Source: Actinomycetota bacterium (GTDB taxonomy: Bacteria > Actinomycetota > Actinomycetes > Nanopelagicales > Nanopelagicaceae). From it: a stretch of 64,000 nt of DNA. The position numbers and the translations under genes are program-made. Shown here piece after piece: positions 32,440 through 40,694 of the stretch. Position 1 is the first letter of the stretch, and every line of letters begins with the position of its first letter. The notes beneath the pieces were generated by a model. That model was not told the origin of the DNA. It saw only the letters and a list, made by a program, of their open reading frames with translations, and ran no database searches. The stretch covers positions 133,704 to 197,703 of the forward strand of contig JACSDF010000003.1 of assembly GCA_015660815.1 (NCBI GenBank), read 5' to 3'.

Positions 32440-32455
32440 TCGAACAGGTGTTCGA
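32440..32455. promoter_or_regulatory. LexA (SOS) box
   Basis: Perfect TCGAAC-AGGT-GTTCGA, the actinobacterial LexA consensus; directly downstream of a candidate minus-strand promoter TTGCTA(32480-32485)-18 nt-TAGTTT(32456-32461). Confidence 0.92.
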
Positions 32456-32502
32456 AAACTAGCCCCTTGGGCTGACAGATAGCAAGTGGCTATGGCGTGT
32501 CG

Positions 32503-32540
32503 CCTAGAATATTAGTTGAAAGTTCAACTAATATTCTAGG
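32503..32540. promoter_or_regulatory. Perfect 18-bp inverted repeat, probable repressor operator of the DoxX gene
   Basis: CCTAGAATATTAGTTGAA-AG-TTCAACTAATATTCTAGG; contains candidate -10 TAGAAT (32505-32510). Confidence 0.7.
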
Positions 32541-32574
32541 AAGCATGTTAACCCCTCGCTAAGGAGAGAAATCC

Positions 32575-32988
32575 ATGGACGCTGTTCTCGTTGTAGGTCG
32601 TATCCTCTTTGCGCTGATCTTCATCAACATGGGCGTCATTCACGTCACCAAAGTTGCGGTGATGGCTGGCTATGCCACGAGCAAGAAGGTGCCAGCCGCA
32701 AAGCTCGCAACCATCGTTACGGGTCTGATGATTTTAGTTGGTGGTCTCTATATTGCATTTGGTGTGTATGCCGATCTCGGTGCGCTTCTTATTGCAATCT
32801 TCCTTATTCCAACTGCGTTCATGATGCATGCATTCTGGAAAGAAACTGATGAAACAGCTAAGCAGAATGAGATAAACGGCTTCTTTAAAGATATTGCACT
32901 CGCCGGTGCTGCACTAATTATCTTTGTACTTGTTGGTTCTGGTGCAGATTTCGGCCCAAGTATTACGGGTACTTTTTTTAATTTTTAA
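32575..32988 (+). CDS. DoxX family membrane protein
   Basis: VGRILFALIF..G..H, four TMs, H.FWK, FFKDIALAG; SD AAGGAG. Confidence 0.88.
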   Translation: MDAVLVVGRILFALIFINMGVIHVTKVAVMAGYATSKKVPAAKLATIVTGLMILVGGLYIAFGVYADLGALLIAIFLIPTAFMMHAFWKETDETAKQNEINGFFKDIALAGAALIIFVLVGSGADFGPSITGTFFNF

Positions 32989-32995
32989 ATCTCTT

Positions 32996-34192
32996 CTACT
33001 TTTTAATTATGTGAGATTGATACCCGGCCAGTAATAACATTAAAATCGGATACGTCATTGCAATTGGCAAAGAGGTTAACTGCGCAAATGCACCGGTGAC
33101 CGAAGGACCGATGAAATATCCTGCCAATCCAATAACACCTACACGAGCAATCGCCACCGAAGATGCAATACCTGGTATTTGTGAAGCGGCCAAAATATAT
33201 GCTGGAAACATTGGCCCGATTCCGAGACCTGCGCAGGCAAAACCGATATTTACAATTATTAGAGCAAGCAATGGATGCGAGTCAGATAACGGAACACCAA
33301 TTGCTATTCCAAGACCTAAACCAAATCCACCTAAATAACCCCCGTATAAGACGGTTTTTCGAGGACCAAATCGATCCAATGCCCTGTCCCCCAAAAAGCG
33401 GGCAGTAATCATCGCTAAAGAGAAAGTTGCAAATGCAGATGCATTGACACCAACTTCGTAACCCATGTCATCTCGTAAAAGTATTGCGCCCCAATCACTT
33501 ACTGCCCCCTCAGCAATGAGACCCCCCAATAATCCAATTCCCATTCCCCATAGAGGCAGCACGTCCTTACCAAAAAATGGAATCTTGACCTGAGTCTCTT
33601 CTTCTCCTCCGCTGTGATCATCGAGCTTAGGTGGCAACAAATGCATCGTAGAAGGGATGAAAAGAATCAAGCATGCAATACCAACTCCAACTAAGTTATC
33701 GCGAGGTGAAACATGTTTTGCTATGGCTCCACCTAAAATAGTTGTCGCAAATGCACCGCAGCTCCATAAAGCGTGAAATGAAGACATCACACGCTTTCCT
33801 AAAAGTTTTTCTATGACAACAGCTTGGGTATTAGATGCGATGTCCATACTGGAATATCCCAGACCCATCACAAATAAACCCACGATTAAAGTGATTGGTG
33901 AATTTGAAAATCCCATCACAATAAGACCAATCGGCATGATAAAGACTGCACCATTTATGATTGGTTTAGTTCCAAATGTGTGAATAAGGCGGCCAGCAAG
34001 TTGTGCACCAAGGACCGCACCAATAGTGCTAGATAATAGGATTAATCCGAGTTGGCCATTGTTTAATCCATTAGCATCACGAATTTCGGGAATGCGTGCG
34101 ACCCATGCCATCGATACAACACCCATAAAGAAAAAAGTTGCCCATAGGCCATTTCGAGCGCGGATTGCAGATTCAATTAAATCATTACTCAT
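32996..34192 (-). CDS. MFS transporter (YbjJ-like sugar/unknown substrate)
   Basis: About 12 TMs; WVARIPEIR, GRLIHTFG, SSFHALWSCG, EGAVSDW; start may be 34192 (ATG) or 34216 (TTG). Confidence 0.85.
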   Translation of the reverse strand: MSNDLIESAIRARNGLWATFFFMGVVSMAWVARIPEIRDANGLNNGQLGLILLSSTIGAVLGAQLAGRLIHTFGTKPIINGAVFIMPIGLIVMGFSNSPITLIVGLFVMGLGYSSMDIASNTQAVVIEKLLGKRVMSSFHALWSCGAFATTILGGAIAKHVSPRDNLVGVGIACLILFIPSTMHLLPPKLDDHSGGEEETQVKIPFFGKDVLPLWGMGIGLLGGLIAEGAVSDWGAILLRDDMGYEVGVNASAFATFSLAMITARFLGDRALDRFGPRKTVLYGGYLGGFGLGLGIAIGVPLSDSHPLLALIIVNIGFACAGLGIGPMFPAYILAASQIPGIASSVAIARVGVIGLAGYFIGPSVTGAFAQLTSLPIAMTYPILMLLLAGYQSHIIKK

Positions 34193-34244
34193 AAGAGGGA
34201 CAACGGTAACTGACAAGCGCGTTTAAGTCTGCTTACATAGATAC

Positions 34245-35492
34245 ATGTTCTTCTCCTTCTGGCCGCACAGAAGTGAGTTTTCAAATAATCGTCGGGATCT
34301 CATCTCAGATCTAATCGCAGGATTAACCGTTGCCATTATTGCCTTGCCACTAGCTATCGGCTTTGGCATAACATCCGGCATGTCAGCGGCGGCAGGTCTA
34401 ACAACTGCAATTATCGCTGGATTTCTAGCCGCGGTATTTGGTGGATCAAAATATCAAGTGAGCGGCCCAACGGGTGCGATGACGGTCATATTAATCCCCG
34501 TCATCAACGACTTTGGCGTTAGCGCAATCCCGGCGCTGGGCTTAATGGCTGGCATCATGGTCATTGCGATGGCGGTTTTTAAGTTAGGCGCAATTATTAA
34601 TCGAGTTCCATGGACAGTGGTTGAAGGCTTCACTGTGGGAATTGCTCTTATTATTTCTCTACAACAAGTTCCGCTCGCACTAGGAATTGAAAAAGGTGAG
34701 GGCGAAAAAAGCTTTATTGTTGCCTGGAATACTATAAAGAACGCATTTGATGCCGGGCTTAATTACGCCTCTCTTTTCATTGTTGTTATTACCTTATTTA
34801 TTAAGTTCTCCTGGCCCCACCTTGTCCGTCGATATAAAATGAAGCTTCATATTCCAGCAAGCTTTGTCGCACTTGTTTTGGTCACTATCATCGTAAGAGT
34901 TTTCTCAATAGATATTGCAACTATTGGAAATATCCCGCGCTCTCTTGGTAGTTATCAAAGCCCAATATTTGAAAACCTAAGTGCTTTATTAATTCCCGCA
35001 CTGTGGATTGCTCTGCTTGCCGCAGTTGAGTCACTTCTATCTGCACGTGTTGCCGATGGTTTAGCCCACAATAAGGAGAAATTTGAACCTAACCGCGAAC
35101 TCTTTGGTCAGGGTTTAGCAACCGTGGCGGCATCCCTTTTTGGCGGAATGCCTGCAACCGGTGCTATTGCTCGCACCAGCGTCAATGTACGATCTCATGC
35201 GATATCTCGGTTGGCTGCGGTATTTCACGCTGCTGTGCTTCTTTTTATCGCACTTGTTGCGGCTCCAATGGTGAGTCAGATTCCGACGGCAGTGATCGCT
35301 GGTCTATTACTCGGAACAAGTTACAGAATTCTCAATCCAGTCTCGATAATGGAGTCACTTAGAACGACTAAATCTGAAGCTACCGCTTTCGTTGTCACCG
35401 CAATTAGCACAGTTGTCATCGACTTAATATGGGGATTGGCAATTGGCATTGCCCTGCATGTACTCCTTACCCGCTACTCTAAAAAGCCTTAA
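34245..35492 (+). CDS. SulP/SLC26 anion transporter without STAS domain
   Basis: DLIAGLTVAIIALPLAIGF, VSGPTGAM, ELFGQG, TGAIARTSVN; ends right after the last TM. Confidence 0.88.
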   Translation: MFFSFWPHRSEFSNNRRDLISDLIAGLTVAIIALPLAIGFGITSGMSAAAGLTTAIIAGFLAAVFGGSKYQVSGPTGAMTVILIPVINDFGVSAIPALGLMAGIMVIAMAVFKLGAIINRVPWTVVEGFTVGIALIISLQQVPLALGIEKGEGEKSFIVAWNTIKNAFDAGLNYASLFIVVITLFIKFSWPHLVRRYKMKLHIPASFVALVLVTIIVRVFSIDIATIGNIPRSLGSYQSPIFENLSALLIPALWIALLAAVESLLSARVADGLAHNKEKFEPNRELFGQGLATVAASLFGGMPATGAIARTSVNVRSHAISRLAAVFHAAVLLFIALVAAPMVSQIPTAVIAGLLLGTSYRILNPVSIMESLRTTKSEATAFVVTAISTVVIDLIWGLAIGIALHVLLTRYSKKP

Positions 35493-35533
35493 GCGCTATA
35501 GAATCTATTTATTCAATTAATCAAGGAGCCACC

Positions 35534-36712
35534 GTGGACAACATCACCGCTTTTAATAACCATCTCCCAGTAAAAGTTCGCTTTGGAGAAGGAGTAGCAG
35601 AAACTCTGCCGGCAGTTGTCGCAGAGCTCGGTGCAAGCAGAGTTTTTTTGATGGTTGATAAAGATATTGAAAAGTTCAACCCAGCTGCAGCGCAATTAAT
35701 TGATCAGATGAAAATCGCCTCAGGCATTTCCCTTACTCTCTTTGAAAAGCCTGCGGGAGAACCAACAATTCAAATGGTTGATGATGCAATTGCTGCACTA
35801 AAAGCCGCAGGCTCTGATGTCGTTGTAGCACTCGGTGGTGGATCGGTAATTGACACGGCAAAGGCCGCGCGTTTGTGCGCACAGCTCAACTGCACATTTA
35901 GAGAATTCCAATCTCAGCCACCCGTCTATCCTGTGGCAACGCTTCCGCTTATTGCCCTTCCAACTTCAGCGGGTACCGGCTCTGAAGTATCCGGCGGCTC
36001 AGTAATCTCTGACCCTGAGGCCGGCCGCAAAGCCGGTATTGCTAATGGAAATCTGCGCGCGCAAGTTGCCCTTGTTGACCCAGTACTTACGTATTCAATG
36101 CCGCCATCAATGACTGCCAACACTGGCATCGATGCTTTAGCCCAAGCTATTGCAGGAATTATCGCAAAGTGCAGCACTCCGATTGGTGATGCAATTGGCT
36201 ACGAAGCCGTTCGAATGATGACACCTGCTCTTGTTGCCGCCTTTAAAGATGGCAACGATAAAACCGCACGAGCCGGAATGGCAGCAGGCAGCATGATGGC
36301 GGGATTAACAATGAATATCTCGGACTGCACTGCCGAACACTCTTTAGGTCAGGCCATTGGCGGACTCAAGCATGTTCCACATGGTTTAACTATTGGTTTA
36401 GTACTCGTTGAAACCCTTACTCGCGAAGCAAAAATCGTTCCTGGAAAAATGGAGCGCATTGCCGATGCTATGGGCGTGCCGCAAGATGGCACCACAGATG
36501 GATCTCGCTGCGTTAACGCAGTGCGAAAGATTCTGGCCGAGCTCCAATTCCCCGTTCTTTCCTCCCTTGGCTTCGTCGAAGGCGATATCGACGAGTTAGC
36601 CGAGATTGCCCTAAAAGATTTCTTCATCACAATGGCACCAAAGCCTTGGAGCAAGCAGGAAGTCGTCGATGCCTTTATGTCAGCACTCAAACTTGAAAAC
36701 CGTGTTGCTTAA
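35534..36712 (+). CDS. Iron-containing (type III) alcohol dehydrogenase family protein
   Basis: GGGSVIDTAK, PTSAGTGSEV, DALAQ, VPHG; SD AAGGAG. Confidence 0.9.
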   Translation: MDNITAFNNHLPVKVRFGEGVAETLPAVVAELGASRVFLMVDKDIEKFNPAAAQLIDQMKIASGISLTLFEKPAGEPTIQMVDDAIAALKAAGSDVVVALGGGSVIDTAKAARLCAQLNCTFREFQSQPPVYPVATLPLIALPTSAGTGSEVSGGSVISDPEAGRKAGIANGNLRAQVALVDPVLTYSMPPSMTANTGIDALAQAIAGIIAKCSTPIGDAIGYEAVRMMTPALVAAFKDGNDKTARAGMAAGSMMAGLTMNISDCTAEHSLGQAIGGLKHVPHGLTIGLVLVETLTREAKIVPGKMERIADAMGVPQDGTTDGSRCVNAVRKILAELQFPVLSSLGFVEGDIDELAEIALKDFFITMAPKPWSKQEVVDAFMSALKLENRVA

Positions 36713-36715
36713 CTA

Positions 36716-37204
36716 GTGGAAGAGGTTCTTGCTAACCCTTCAGTTGTTCGAGTTACTGCACTCCTGAAAGAGCTAGGTTGTACAGGCGATGTCACAATTC
36801 TTTCAGACCCAGCCCGAACTGCTTTAGATGCGGCCAATGCTTTAGGAATTGAAGTGGGACAAGTTGCTTCTTCCATCGTTTTTAAATTACCAAGCGGAAA
36901 TGCATTGCTGGTCATTACTAGCGGGCGCCATCGAGTTGATACAGAACTTGTTGCAAAAAACTTAGGAGTGGAGAAACTCCACCGCGCCGACGCCGACTTT
37001 GTAAAGAACGCATCAGGTTTTTCGATTGGCGGCGTATCCCCTGTGGGTTGGGCTAATTCACCTGAAATCACATTGCTGGATGTGGCCCTCGACGAACATG
37101 AAGTTGCATGGGCCGCTGCTGGACATCCGCATTCGGTTTATCCAACAACTTTTGAAGAATTACTCCGAGTTACTGGCGCAACTCCTATGATCGTGGGCGA
37201 TTAA
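36716..37204 (+). CDS. YbaK/EbsC-family aminoacyl-tRNA deacylase
   Basis: TALDAANALG, VASSIVF, GFSIGGVSPVG, WAAAGHP. Confidence 0.88.
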   Translation: MEEVLANPSVVRVTALLKELGCTGDVTILSDPARTALDAANALGIEVGQVASSIVFKLPSGNALLVITSGRHRVDTELVAKNLGVEKLHRADADFVKNASGFSIGGVSPVGWANSPEITLLDVALDEHEVAWAAAGHPHSVYPTTFEELLRVTGATPMIVGD

Positions 37205-39333
37205 TCTTTTAATTGGAACTTCCTACTCCATTTGGGTGCCCACCAGTTGTATTTTCCAGCGACTTTCATAAAAGCCGGAACCAGAAGCGCACGAACGATG
37301 GTTGCATCAAGCAAAATTGCAAGTGCAGTTCCAAAACCTAACTGCTTAATATTTGTAACGCCGCTTGTGACAAAAGCCATAAACGTTACTGAGATAATTA
37401 AGGCTGCGGCGGTAACAATTCTTCCAATTCTCTGAAGGCCAATCGCTACTGCATCAGTCGTATCTTTGCCCAAATCATGCTCTTCTTTAATGCGGCTGAG
37501 GAGGAATAACTCATAATCCATTGACAACCCAAAAGCTAATATGGCAATCAGCACAATCATGGATGTATCGACAGTGCCTGTGTTTATAAAACTACCGACA
37601 AGCCACGTGGCATTTCCAGTAGTAAATACCCACGTTAGCGCACCAATCGTGGCAGAAAGGGATAAGACGTTTAAAATGAGAGCTTTAATCGGCAAAAGAA
37701 TTGACCCGGTAAATAGAAAGAGAATAATAAAGGTAAAGAATCCGATCCAAATAAAGACAAATGGTAAAGTCCTTTTTATTGCATCTTGAGAATCAATGAA
37801 TACTGCGCTGACTCCCCCAACAAGAACCTGATTGTCACTCGTACTCAGGGATCGAATCTCTCCTATGAGCTCATTTGCCTCCCCTGAAAATCGTTCAACA
37901 TTCAAAATGATTGAAAGTCTTTCATACGAATCAGATTCGAAACCACTCTGGATTGGGGTTAAAGTTCGAACGCCTTCAACGAATACTCCGTCTCTACTTT
38001 GTACACGGACTACACCTTGCAACTTAGATATTTGTGTGGCATAAGTATCAATACTTTCTTCACTTTGTATTAAAACATCTACGGGTGTGGATTCCCAACC
38101 AGCGAAACGTTTTTCTATTACTTGCCCCGCCACCACTGCCCTGTTATTTGCCGGCAACACGCGTTCATCGACAGAGCCAAAAGTTATATCTTTTATTGGG
38201 GATGCTAGTGCGAGCAGAATCAGAGTTGATATAGCAATAACGGGTAATGGTCGTTTCATCACAAATTTCGTTAGTTTGAACCAAAAACCCTCATCATGGG
38301 GCTTTAAATTGCGCTTAAATACCCTCAAGGAATCGACCTTGTCGCCCAAAATATTCATTAAAGCCGGAAGTGCAAAAATCGTTCCGAGGACTGCTAAGAC
38401 GACGACTGATACGCCGGCATAACCAAATGATTTTAGAAAATACTGCGGGAAAGCTATAAGGGAGAGTAGAACTAAGGCAACCGTGCTTCCCGAGAACAAG
38501 ACAGTACGCCCAGCCGTCATAACCGTGGTTTCAATTGCCTCTTGATTACTTCGACCTTTAGATTTTTCTTCTCTGAATCTATATACAACAAGAAGTGCAT
38601 AATCAATTCCGAGACCAATACCGAGACCAGTTATAAGATTAATTGAGAATATTGAAACATCTGTAACCATAGCCAGTGCCCAGAGAACAAAGAATGTACC
38701 AAGAATCGCACCAACTGACACAAGCAAAGGTAAGCCAGCTGCGACTAAACTTCCAAATACGACAAGTTGAATCAAGAAAGTCAATGGAATTGCAAATGCT
38801 TCTGCTTTAGCTAAGTCTTTTGAAATTGTCTCATTTATTTCGTGGCTAATGATTCCATCACCAGAGTAGTAAAGAGCTGTGCCTTGATAATTATCACCGT
38901 ACTTTTCGGAAATTAACTGACTCGATACTTCTGCATCGACTTTTTGATCAAAATATACAAGGACATAAATCGCATTGCCGTCTTTACTTTTCAGTGAAGC
39001 AGGGGCACCCAGTGAGTAGTAACTATTAACATTGGCGACCCCAGGCTCTGACGAAATGGATTGGACCAACGAGTTAGTTTTGTCTTGATTAGTAAGGAGA
39101 TCAACATCGCTTCCAAAATCCGCAACTAATATGAGTTCCGGAGTTTCGATATTGAAATCACCGGCCAGAATTTGCTCAACCTTTGCAGAATCAGAGTTTG
39201 GGTCGTTATAGCCCTGAGTCGCCAAACTAGAGAACACCCCCATTCCAAAGATCGCCATAAACGCGACTACTACGATGTAAAGTGCAAGCACCAGCTTACT
39301 TTTATGGATAACAAGGTTGGCGATACGTTTCAT
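37201..39333 (-). CDS. MMPL-family (RND) transporter
   Basis: Two repeats of TM1 + extracytoplasmic loop + 5 TMs; GIDYALL and GLSMDYELFLL motifs; start placed at ATG 39333 (SD AAAGGGA). Confidence 0.9.
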   Translation of the reverse strand: MKRIANLVIHKSKLVLALYIVVVAFMAIFGMGVFSSLATQGYNDPNSDSAKVEQILAGDFNIETPELILVADFGSDVDLLTNQDKTNSLVQSISSEPGVANVNSYYSLGAPASLKSKDGNAIYVLVYFDQKVDAEVSSQLISEKYGDNYQGTALYYSGDGIISHEINETISKDLAKAEAFAIPLTFLIQLVVFGSLVAAGLPLLVSVGAILGTFFVLWALAMVTDVSIFSINLITGLGIGLGIDYALLVVYRFREEKSKGRSNQEAIETTVMTAGRTVLFSGSTVALVLLSLIAFPQYFLKSFGYAGVSVVVLAVLGTIFALPALMNILGDKVDSLRVFKRNLKPHDEGFWFKLTKFVMKRPLPVIAISTLILLALASPIKDITFGSVDERVLPANNRAVVAGQVIEKRFAGWESTPVDVLIQSEESIDTYATQISKLQGVVRVQSRDGVFVEGVRTLTPIQSGFESDSYERLSIILNVERFSGEANELIGEIRSLSTSDNQVLVGGVSAVFIDSQDAIKRTLPFVFIWIGFFTFIILFLFTGSILLPIKALILNVLSLSATIGALTWVFTTGNATWLVGSFINTGTVDTSMIVLIAILAFGLSMDYELFLLSRIKEEHDLGKDTTDAVAIGLQRIGRIVTAAALIISVTFMAFVTSGVTNIKQLGFGTALAILLDATIVRALLVPAFMKVAGKYNWWAPKWSRKFQLKD

Positions 39334-39346
39334 TGGAGTCCCTTTC

Positions 39347-39395
39347 ATCTGAACAGTGTTCAAATTGTGCCCCATAATCTGAACATTGTCAAGAT
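39347..39395. promoter_or_regulatory. mmpL promoter with two candidate TetR operators
   Basis: Minus-strand TTGACA(39387-39392)-17 nt-CACAAT(39364-39369); palindrome TGAACA-G-TGTTCA (39350-39362) and variant TGAACA-T-TGTCAA (39380-39392), both preceded by ATC, 30 bp apart. Confidence 0.72.
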
Positions 39396-39414
39396 AGTGT
39401 GAGATGATGTCACC

Positions 39415-39999
39415 ATGAAAGCCCCATACCACCATGGTCATTTAGCCTCCGAACTTGTGAGGGTGGCGATTGCTCAGCTCAATGACAATGGAGTTGAGTC
39501 AATAACTCTTCGTGGTGTTTGTGGCGAGCTTGGTGTCTCTCAATCCGCCGCTTACCACCATTTCAAAAATAAGGATGCCTTACTACAGGCAATGTCGAGC
39601 CAAGGCGAAGTAGAACTGACCCGCCGCTTTAAAGTGGCCATAAATGGAATTGGCAAGAAAACAGATAAAGCTGCAATCTTGCGTTTTGATGCACTGGGAA
39701 GGGAATATATTAATTTCGCAATAGAGGAACCACATCTTTTTTCTTTGACTTTTGGTCCAATGTGTAATTTCCATTCAGATGATATTGACGCTGAGTCAAT
39801 GGAAATGCTGAGACAATCCGTGAGTGAGCTTGCCGAACGTGGTTTGATCTCTCCAAAAAGTATTGAGCCACTTGCACTTCTAGCATGGACTTCGGTGCAT
39901 GGTTTTTCTCAACTTGTAATTAGTGGATTGATGTCCAAGGAATTAGTCGAGCCACTTCTAGCCTCGATTCGCCATTTAGTATTAAAACAAGAGATTTAA
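39415..39999 (+). CDS. TetR/AcrR-family transcriptional regulator
   Basis: YHHGHL..ELV, HTH TLRGVCGELGVSQSAAYHHFKNK, C-terminal AWTSVHG. Confidence 0.93.
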   Translation: MKAPYHHGHLASELVRVAIAQLNDNGVESITLRGVCGELGVSQSAAYHHFKNKDALLQAMSSQGEVELTRRFKVAINGIGKKTDKAAILRFDALGREYINFAIEEPHLFSLTFGPMCNFHSDDIDAESMEMLRQSVSELAERGLISPKSIEPLALLAWTSVHGFSQLVISGLMSKELVEPLLASIRHLVLKQEI

Positions 40000-40011
40000 T
40001 ATTGGCATGCC

Positions 40012-40668
40012 ATGATCGTTGCCTATTTTTGGAGGATTAAACCGCGTGCAATTCCATTCGCTTTGGCAGCAATGGCGCTTGATCGTTTTGTTTTACGAAG
40101 TTCTCCAAATGTGGGTTTCTTTAAATCACTTGGAACGGGCAAGGGCGAAACATTTACTCCGCGCGATGCCAATCCGCTTCGTTGGGGATTAATTGCAGAG
40201 GTTAGCGACGTTGAAGTTTTTGATAACTCCTTTGTGGTTAAGCGATGGCGCACGAATTCGGTACATGAGTTTCGAGCAATCATCGAACCAATCTCTGCCC
40301 ATGGAAAGTGGGCTGGACAGGAGCCTTTTACACCAACGGTTAAAGACTGGGGCGGCCAAGTGATTGCCGTGACCAGAGCGCGCATCCGGTGGTCTCAAAG
40401 CCTTCGTTTTTGGCGAGCCGTTCCCCCCGTCACGGCATCGCTCACATCGGCACCTGGCTTAATTGCCGCCATCGGAATCGGCGAAGCACCGATTGGTTTA
40501 CAAGGTACTTTTTCCATCTGGGAATCAACCGCAGCCTTGCGAGATTTCGCGTATCGGGGTGAAGCCCATAATGAGGCCATCGCCGCTACTGCGAAGTACA
40601 ACTGGTACTCAGAAGAGCTTTTTTCACGCTTTGCGGTGCAAGAAATTCGAGGTTCGATTAATAACTAA
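40012..40668 (+). CDS. crtA: CrtA-like (spheroidene monooxygenase family) carotenoid oxygenase
   Basis: F.K.LGTGKG, TRARIR, GIGEAPIGLQGTFSIW, FAY..H..AI, WYSEELFSRF. Confidence 0.75.
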   Translation: MIVAYFWRIKPRAIPFALAAMALDRFVLRSSPNVGFFKSLGTGKGETFTPRDANPLRWGLIAEVSDVEVFDNSFVVKRWRTNSVHEFRAIIEPISAHGKWAGQEPFTPTVKDWGGQVIAVTRARIRWSQSLRFWRAVPPVTASLTSAPGLIAAIGIGEAPIGLQGTFSIWESTAALRDFAYRGEAHNEAIAATAKYNWYSEELFSRFAVQEIRGSINN

Positions 40669-40694
40669 GGCTTGATATAGGGCAGACTTAATCC

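Noticed and set aside
32503-32540. Inverted repeat as a MITE/IS end or terminator
   Set aside because: Arms are adjacent (2-nt spacer) with no transposase, target duplication or U-tract, and it lies between divergent starts
34245-35533. Frameshifted/pseudogenised SulP
   Set aside because: No STAS-coding remnant downstream; clean stop followed by the promoter and SD of the next gene
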